The notes under the pieces were generated by a model. That model was not told where the DNA came from. It saw nothing but the letters and a program-made list of their open reading frames with translations, and searched no databases. Positions 57,574-64,000 of a stretch of 64,000 nt of DNA are shown here, in pieces. The position numbers were made by a program, and so were the translations under genes. Position 1 is the stretch's first letter. Every line of letters starts with the position of its first letter. The stretch comes from Candidatus Poribacteria bacterium (lineage in GTDB: Bacteria > Poribacteria > WGA-4E > PCPOR2b): contig OZ220744.1 of the NCBI GenBank assembly GCA_965116925.1, forward strand, positions 1,632,001-1,696,000, in the 5' to 3' direction.

Positions 57574-58031
57574 AATTATGTTGATTCACGCTGTCATACA
57601 CATTGCGCTCCGCTGGAGCGCGGGGATTGGGCCTATTACCCTTCTATAGATATATCGCTCCTCTGGAGCGAGAATTGAGTGTCCGTTTTCTGGTTTTCTC
57701 GTCTTCGCCTTCATTTTTCCAATTTTCCCAATTTTCCCGTCGAAAGTGGGGGTGCTCCATTTAGGAAAGTAGTATATCGTTTGGGGTGCGGTGTTGGGTT
57801 TCACGTTGTCGATTTATAAGTCCTTTAATTATGTTGATTCACGCTGTTATACACATTGCGCTCCGCTGGAGCGCGGGGGTTGGACCTATTGCCCTTCTAT
57901 AGACATATTGCTCCTCTGGAGCGAGAATTGAGTGCCCGTTTTCCCGTTTTCTGGTTTTCTCGTCTTCACCTGTATTTTCCCAATTTTCCCAATTTTCCCG
58001 TCGAAAGTGGGGGTGCCCCATTTAGGAAAGT
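57574..58031. repeat. Tandem ~200-bp direct duplication carrying REP-like hairpins
   Basis: Copies 57574-57770 and 57827-58031; both contain GCGCTCCGCTGGAGCGC / GCTCCTCTGGAGC hairpins and AATTTTCCC repeats. Confidence 0.85.
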
Positions 58032-60982
58032 GTCGCTCCCTCGCGATAGGCTTCATAGAGTTGACGCTTGAGATCTTCGTTGACATCTGGTTTTGATAAT
58101 TTTGTGTAGAGATCTAGCTTACTATTGACGAAATCCAATAAAATCTCATCGATCACCTGATCAAACTTATACCGTTTGTTAGTCTCCGTGTTATCTCCCT
58201 CGATTACCTGTCGCAGTTCTTCGTGATCGTGCACTTTTTGGTTAATAGTCTCAATATCAACCTTATCTTCCACCGTGAAATCTGTCTGATAGGCATCGTT
58301 CAGAGCGTCAATGATATTGGAGAGGAGATCCTGTTCAGGATCTCGGATCGTGGCGACCTCACTCCCAATTCCTTCAACCTCGCTATCTTCCGCCTCAAGG
58401 GAGAGTTGTAGGCTGTCATGCGTTCTTTGCACGCGAAACGAATCCAGATCCACAGATGCCAAGACATCGCGCACGTCGGGATAATCCCGCTTCGGCAGCT
58501 TCTTGTTCAGACTACGACCGAAGATGTACAGCTTTTCCAATGCCACGTCGGTGAAGGTAATCAACTGTGAGATGTATCCGTAGAGGCGGATGTAACTTTG
58601 CAAGGTAGACCGAAAGTCTTCCCGTTCATTCATTTCAAGTTTTGACCACCTCTTGACAACGCGATCGAGGACGCCTTGTAGCAACTCATCTGGGCGACTT
58701 GGTTCATAAAAGACAGTACAGAATTCTTCGATGGTATCCTCATCGTAGAGGTCACAACTGTCCAACTGGCTCTGTAGGTCATACAACCGATTCGGGTCGG
58801 TCTCCTCAGCGAGTATCGTGGTTTGATAGTACCCCTGAAACGCTTCCTGTACCTGATCCGGTTCATTCACAAAGTCGAGCACCAGCGTATCCGTCTTGCC
58901 GTTGGCGACACGGTTCAGGCGGCTCAGACTCTGGACACATTGCAGCCCGTCTAACCGCTTATCGACGTACATCGTCTGTAGCATCGACTCATCGAAACCG
59001 GTCTGGAACTTATTGGACACAATCAGGATCCGATACTCAGGGCTCTTGAAACTGTCCGCAATTGAAACGCGCGGCGGCAACCCGTTCATCCCGTCTTCTG
59101 TGTAATCCCGTCCGTTGTCGGTGTCGTGCACCGTGCTGCTGAACGCGACCAGACAACCGTAGGAGAGCCCCATTTCCCGCATCTGTCTATCAAATTCCTG
59201 TTTATATCTGACGCAGTGCAACCGGGACGGCGTGACCAACATCGCCCGCCCCTTCCCTCCGATTGTCTTTGCAGTCCGTGCGGTGAAGTGTTCTAGGATA
59301 ATCCGGGTCTTGGTCTCGATGCTGTGGGGTTGCAGGTCAACGTAGTTGGTCAGGGCTCGCAGCGTCCGCGCCTTCTCGTACTCTTTATCCTCCGGCACAC
59401 TCTTGACCAGTTGAAAGTATCTCTGAAAAGTGGTGTAGTTCTGGAGCACGTCCAGCGTGAACCCTTCGCTGATGCTCTGGCGCATCGAATAGACGTGGAA
59501 CGGGACAAATTTCCCATCTGCGTCTTGCCGTCCGAACAGTTCTAGGGTCTTGTTTTTCGGTGTGCCGCTGAAACCGAAATAGGAGATGTGATCCTGCATC
59601 CTACGCCCCTCCATCTCCTCAATGATCCGAGCGTCTATATCCGATACTTCGTCGGTGTCATCTTCTTCTACCCCTCCCTCAATTCCTTTTGAGAGCGAGG
59701 TTCTGAGGTTTCTGGCGGATTCACCGGTCTGCGAGGAGTGGGCTTCGTCGATAATCACGGCGAAGGTTTTGCTTCTGAGTTTGCCAATCTCCTCTGCAAT
59801 CACGCTGAACTTCTGAATCGTCGAGATGATGATGTCTTTGCTATTCTCAAGGAAACCCTTGAGTTGTGCTGAGGTTCCCTCAACGGGATGCACCACGCCG
59901 TCAACCTGTTCTACCTGCTTAATCGTGTCCTGAAGCTGCTTGTCAAGTACGCGCCGATCGGTCACAACAATGACGGAGTCGAAGATGCGCTTTGTGTCGT
60001 TCGGAGAGCGGTACAGATGCGTCAGTAGGTGTGCTAACCACGCGATGGAGTTTGATTTGCCGCTCCCTGTGGTGTGTTGGATTAGGTAGTTGCGCCCAAC
60101 ACCCTCCGCCACAATCGCCGCTTGCAATTTACGGATTACGTCAAGCTGATGGTAGCGTGGGAAAACGAGGGCGGTGTGCTTCACATCTCTCACCCCACCG
60201 AGGTCGGGGTCGTAGACCTTTTCTGTGGTCTCCTGTTCATGGATGAAGTTGTTGATTAACTCCATCAGGTTATCGGGGTGTAGGATGTCCTCCCACAGAT
60301 AGGCGGTCTTGTGACCGTCCGGGTTCACCGGGTTTTCGATACCCTTGTTGAACGGAAAGAAGCGTGTCTCGCCTTTCTGCAAGTGGGTTGTCATCGAAAC
60401 CTTCTCGTTACCCACCGCAAAGTGAACCAGACACCGCTTGAATTGGAATAACGGCTCTCTCGGATCTCGGTCGGTCCGGTACTGTTTCTCGGCGTCTGTC
60501 ACCGTCTGACCGGTGAGACTGTTTTTCAGTTCCATCGTCACCAACGGCAGACCGTTGAGGAACAACACCATATCAACTGATTTTTCGTTCTTCTCTGAAT
60601 ACTTCAGCTGCCGAATTAGGGAGAATCGGTTCTGAGTGTAGAGGCTTTGATGGTGGGGGTTCATGCCACTTGACGGACGGAAGTAGGTCAGGTTAAAGTT
60701 ACAACCCCTGTCTTTAACCCCTTTCCGCAATACGTCTAGCAGTCCACGACGCCCGATCTCTTTGCTTACACGGTCGCAGAATTTAACAGGTGTGTTCTCC
60801 TTGTACTGGCGCTCTAGTTTTTGATATTCCTCCGGCTGTGTGTCCTGAATAAACCGCAACGTCTCATTGAGCATCAGGCAGAGGGATTTGTTATAGAAGA
60901 TAGACTTGGGGGAGCGGTAACCTGACTGATTCAGATGTGCTTCGATGTGATCTTCAAAATCTGCTTCGTCATACGTCGGCAT
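58022..60982 (-). CDS. hsdR: Type I restriction endonuclease subunit R
   Basis: D..ELKN..Q nuclease motif, HTTGSGKS, IIDEAHSSQ, FSGTPK, KFQTGFD, QSLSRLNR. Confidence 0.95.
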   Translation of the reverse strand: MPTYDEADFEDHIEAHLNQSGYRSPKSIFYNKSLCLMLNETLRFIQDTQPEEYQKLERQYKENTPVKFCDRVSKEIGRRGLLDVLRKGVKDRGCNFNLTYFRPSSGMNPHHQSLYTQNRFSLIRQLKYSEKNEKSVDMVLFLNGLPLVTMELKNSLTGQTVTDAEKQYRTDRDPREPLFQFKRCLVHFAVGNEKVSMTTHLQKGETRFFPFNKGIENPVNPDGHKTAYLWEDILHPDNLMELINNFIHEQETTEKVYDPDLGGVRDVKHTALVFPRYHQLDVIRKLQAAIVAEGVGRNYLIQHTTGSGKSNSIAWLAHLLTHLYRSPNDTKRIFDSVIVVTDRRVLDKQLQDTIKQVEQVDGVVHPVEGTSAQLKGFLENSKDIIISTIQKFSVIAEEIGKLRSKTFAVIIDEAHSSQTGESARNLRTSLSKGIEGGVEEDDTDEVSDIDARIIEEMEGRRMQDHISYFGFSGTPKNKTLELFGRQDADGKFVPFHVYSMRQSISEGFTLDVLQNYTTFQRYFQLVKSVPEDKEYEKARTLRALTNYVDLQPHSIETKTRIILEHFTARTAKTIGGKGRAMLVTPSRLHCVRYKQEFDRQMREMGLSYGCLVAFSSTVHDTDNGRDYTEDGMNGLPPRVSIADSFKSPEYRILIVSNKFQTGFDESMLQTMYVDKRLDGLQCVQSLSRLNRVANGKTDTLVLDFVNEPDQVQEAFQGYYQTTILAEETDPNRLYDLQSQLDSCDLYDEDTIEEFCTVFYEPSRPDELLQGVLDRVVKRWSKLEMNEREDFRSTLQSYIRLYGYISQLITFTDVALEKLYIFGRSLNKKLPKRDYPDVRDVLASVDLDSFRVQRTHDSLQLSLEAEDSEVEGIGSEVATIRDPEQDLLSNIIDALNDAYQTDFTVEDKVDIETINQKVHDHEELRQVIEGDNTETNKRYKFDQVIDEILLDFVNSKLDLYTKLSKPDVNEDLKRQLYEAYREGATLS

Positions 60983-60985
60983 GGG

Positions 60986-62305
60986 CTACACCTCGTTTCG
61001 GACATCTATCTTGCCTGTTACTGCTTCGGAGATGAGGGATTGGCGGTATTCTTTGAGGAGTTGGATTTTTCGCTGTTCTGTGGATATTAGGTCGTCAATC
61101 TGTTTGGTTTTGAGATCAAGGAAGTTAATGATTTGTGTTTGTTCAGAAAGTGGCGGTTTAACAACAAATAGTTCTCTGATTTTATCAAGGTGTAAATTCG
61201 TTACAGTGGAGGTTTTGCTACTTTCCTTCAATTGTTGGTCAACAACCTGACTTTGGAACAGGTAACTGAAGAAATGCGGTGAGTAAGTTTCTGTTCTAAA
61301 TTTAATCAGACATAGACTTACGAAGATACTGAACTCAAAATCCCAATCAATTACTCGCGTTATACCAATTGTTCCATTTTTAGATAGTAGGAGATTGCCT
61401 TTTTCTGGCTTGCATCTTTGAGTTAATTCCTGATGCAATTCAGGGGTGATATACTTTACTTTGGCAAGGTCAATTGTTTTAGTATGAATATCGGTAACTC
61501 TTAGAAAAGGAATTCCACTGTCTTGATATTCGGGGGTATAGTGAGTACCATCAATGATTTGATGGGTAAGATATTTAACCTTCATTATTGACCAGTCTCT
61601 GGGTATATCCCCAATCCATTCTACCCTCGATGGTTTCATCTCTACATTCGGGTCAAGCCCCTTTGTTACTGCCTGATTTATCAGTGTGGTTCGTTGTTCT
61701 TGCAGCAGTTCTATCCGTCGTTCCTTGATGTGGATGAGCTCGTCGATCTGTCCCGTCTTGCGGTCGAGGAAGTTGGCGATTTGGGTTTGTTCAGAGTGTG
61801 TAGGATAGGCAATTGGAATATTGCCAACTTCTGACTCATTTATGGATGGAACTGTGCCCCCTATCCTGTAGTGTCTCTTAAAATCAACGTTCAACATTGC
61901 ATAATACAAGAATTTAGGGTTTGATTGGTTTGAATATAGTGACATCATGTTGTTGTCTATACATGATTTTTGAGTGAGAATATTCCTTTTGTTCAATAGC
62001 AGTGCGGCACCAACTTTCGGAAATACAATGCTATTTGGTTTATGAAGGATAAACTTGAAATCAGAAACGTCTTGAGAAGATACCGTGTTCTGGGCATACA
62101 ACATCTCTAGCTTGTTTTCAGGTGTATTGGTATCCGCAACTTTGAAGAAAGGTATTTCTAACCCAATCCTGCCTTGTAAATCATGCGAGAATCCATTTCC
62201 TGATTTCATTGAACAGAAATACCTTAATTTTTTTGCAACCCAATGCTTTGGTATTTCCCCAATCCAATCCATGCCACTCGCTTTATATTCAGGATAACGC
62301 TTCAT
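60986..62305 (-). CDS. hsdS: Type I restriction-modification specificity subunit S
   Basis: MKRYPEYKASGMDWIGEIP; two TRDs; EQTQI..FLD repeats; AVTKGLDP; AVTGKIDVR. Confidence 0.95.
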   Translation of the reverse strand: MKRYPEYKASGMDWIGEIPKHWVAKKLRYFCSMKSGNGFSHDLQGRIGLEIPFFKVADTNTPENKLEMLYAQNTVSSQDVSDFKFILHKPNSIVFPKVGAALLLNKRNILTQKSCIDNNMMSLYSNQSNPKFLYYAMLNVDFKRHYRIGGTVPSINESEVGNIPIAYPTHSEQTQIANFLDRKTGQIDELIHIKERRIELLQEQRTTLINQAVTKGLDPNVEMKPSRVEWIGDIPRDWSIMKVKYLTHQIIDGTHYTPEYQDSGIPFLRVTDIHTKTIDLAKVKYITPELHQELTQRCKPEKGNLLLSKNGTIGITRVIDWDFEFSIFVSLCLIKFRTETYSPHFFSYLFQSQVVDQQLKESSKTSTVTNLHLDKIRELFVVKPPLSEQTQIINFLDLKTKQIDDLISTEQRKIQLLKEYRQSLISEAVTGKIDVRNEV

Positions 62306-62555
62306 TACGCTAAACCTCGCTCGTTAAGTCTCCACCTCTTTCGCTGAATTACCTTCTAATTTTCTCACGGTTGCCTTCAAGCGAAGGGAAGTCAACAGTT
62401 GTTATGCCCCGTGAGGATTTTCCTCAGAATCATAATAACATATTTCAATCTCTCTGTCACTGAATATTCCTTACATCCTAAACGACGATGGGTGGGAACA
62501 TGAATGCTCTCTGATTTTAAGTGAAATTAACAGAATGATAAGTTGAGAAATTTAC

Positions 62556-62585
62556 TTGACATTATATTGAATTTAATGTTATAAT
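62556..62585 (+). promoter_or_regulatory. Sigma-70 promoter upstream of the methyltransferase
   Basis: TTGACA-18-TATAAT with extended TG. Confidence 0.55.
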
Positions 62586-62904
62586 TTCCCTAAGGATATT
62601 TATAAATAGATACCTTATCTATCCCGGCAGCGTTCCTCACTTCACGTTTGTCGTCCCACCGATCCTATAGATATGGCACCCCGCCCCGATAAAATCAAGG
62701 TTCAAAGCAATTGGAACATAATGTGTAACTCCTATCTAGTGGAGCGAGGGAAACGGTCATTCTATAGACATTGGATTTCTCAGCTTTTTTGGTAATCACC
62801 GTCATTCTATGGTTGAACTGCGTATGTCCTAAGTAAGCGTATTAGAATTAAGTTTCGCACAATCTTCTTTCCTCCCGGTTGAAAACCGGTACATTTAAAA
62901 AGAT

Positions 62905-63978
62905 ATGGAAAACTGCTCAGTCATAGACCTATTCTGCGGTGCGGGTGCCCTCACTCATGGGTTTGTCTTGGAAGGATTTAACGTTGTCGCCGGGCTTGAT
63001 GCAGACAAATCCTGTAAATATGCCTATGAAACCAACAATCACGGGGCATCTTTTATCGAAAAGAGAATTGAGGACGTGACAAGTGTTGAACTTAAACAGT
63101 TGTATCCAGAAGGTCACGTTAAAATACTAGTTGGATGTGCCCCCTGCCAACCCTACTCTCCCTATAACAAAGGCAGAAAAGACAAAGATGAGAAGTGGAA
63201 ATTGCTATCCAACTTTGCCGATCTAATCTCAGAGATTGAACCGGATATTATTTCAATGGAGAATGTACCGGATTTAGTCACGTTCCAAAAGGGCAAGGTT
63301 TATCGGCAATTTGTGAAACGTTTAGAAAAGGATTATACTGTTACCAAACATCCTGAGGTATTCTGTCCAGACTATGGCATCCCTCAACGTCGAAAGCGTC
63401 TAGTTCTCTTTGCTTCTAAATACGGTAAGCTTGAGCTTTTGCCCGCGACGTGCACGCCCGATCAATACAAAACAGTTAAGGACGCTATTGACGGTCTGGA
63501 GGTGCTTAAAGCTGGACAAGTAAGTCAGACGGATCCATATCATAAGGCTTCTCGGTTATCTGAAATGAACTTACGAAGGATCAAAGCGTCGGAGCCCGGG
63601 GGCACCTGGAGAGATTGGCCAGAGGAACTCGTTGCTCCGTGTCATCTAAAAGAAAGCGGTAATACTTATTCAAGTGTTTATGGAAGGATGAAAGGGGATG
63701 AACTATCCCCCACGATCACGACCCAATGCTATGGTTTTGGAAATGGTAGGTTTGGACATCCGGATACTAAACAGAATAGAGCTATTTCGTTAAGAGAGGC
63801 AGCTCGACTCCAAACGTTTCCAGACGATTATAAATTTATTGACCCGAAAACAACACACTATTCTACTACAGTAATTGGTCGATTAATCGGTAATGCAGTG
63901 CCTATTGAACTGGCTCGAGTTATTGCGAGAAGCATCAAACAACACCTTGAAACGTATGCCAACGAATCTAAAGGATAA
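62905..63978 (+). CDS. dcm: DNA (cytosine-5)-methyltransferase
   Basis: DLFCGAG, GCAPCQ, ENV, YGIPQRRKR, REAARLQTFP, IGNAVP. Confidence 0.94.
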   Translation: MENCSVIDLFCGAGALTHGFVLEGFNVVAGLDADKSCKYAYETNNHGASFIEKRIEDVTSVELKQLYPEGHVKILVGCAPCQPYSPYNKGRKDKDEKWKLLSNFADLISEIEPDIISMENVPDLVTFQKGKVYRQFVKRLEKDYTVTKHPEVFCPDYGIPQRRKRLVLFASKYGKLELLPATCTPDQYKTVKDAIDGLEVLKAGQVSQTDPYHKASRLSEMNLRRIKASEPGGTWRDWPEELVAPCHLKESGNTYSSVYGRMKGDELSPTITTQCYGFGNGRFGHPDTKQNRAISLREAARLQTFPDDYKFIDPKTTHYSTTVIGRLIGNAVPIELARVIARSIKQHLETYANESKG

Positions 63979-64000
63979 AAAACCGTGGAGAAACTTTATT
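63956..64000 (+). CDS. Possible start of the next gene (overlaps the dcm end, runs off the window)
   Basis: ATG at 63956, open to the edge (MPTNLKDKKPWRNFI). Confidence 0.3.
   Translation, partial: MPTNLKDKKPWRNFI

Noticed and set aside
54297..58031. Tandem repeats at 54297-54360 and 57574-58031 as CRISPR arrays
   Set aside because: Only two copies each, no series of unique spacers, and no cas genes.
57586..58086. Short ORFs within the duplicated repeat
   Set aside because: They are translations of repeat DNA (GKIGKIGK comes from AATTTTCCC repeats).
62672..62794. 40-codon ORF in the dcm leader
   Set aside because: No RBS or motif, and it overlaps degenerate repeat remnants.

Overview
A ~48-50% GC bacterial chromosomal segment. 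The host is probably Candidatus Poribacteria or a relative; this is inferred from several PhyH dioxygenases, sugar isomerases and secreted proteins ending in an 'NYPNPFNPETWIPY' FlgD-Ig/T9SS-like domain. The first 8.3 kb hold a clade II nitrous oxide reductase operon. It is driven by one of two divergent sigma-54 promoters that share three phased palindromic operator-like sites. The operon contains an unusual 1155-aa in-frame fusion (NosB-like x2, NosD, NosF), then nosY, nosL and a cupredoxin-like gene. Housekeeping genes follow (ribD, archease, rnj, dusB, tsaD, tsaC, ruvX, mltG, lpxC-fabZ, lpxA, lpxI, accA, ftsY, proS, leuB), mixed with sugar/acid catabolic genes. There are four PhyH-family Fe/2OG enzymes, two with a halogenase-like HxG motif. 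A stand-alone tyrosine recombinase sits beside its own symmetric dif/TnpI-like site with accessory repeats. The window also has nested MITE/REP-like repeat families, an MNT-HEPN pair, and a right-end defence region (hsdS-hsdR with no adjacent hsdM, divergent from a C5 DNA methyltransferase). I recognised no CRISPR array, rRNA or tRNA.
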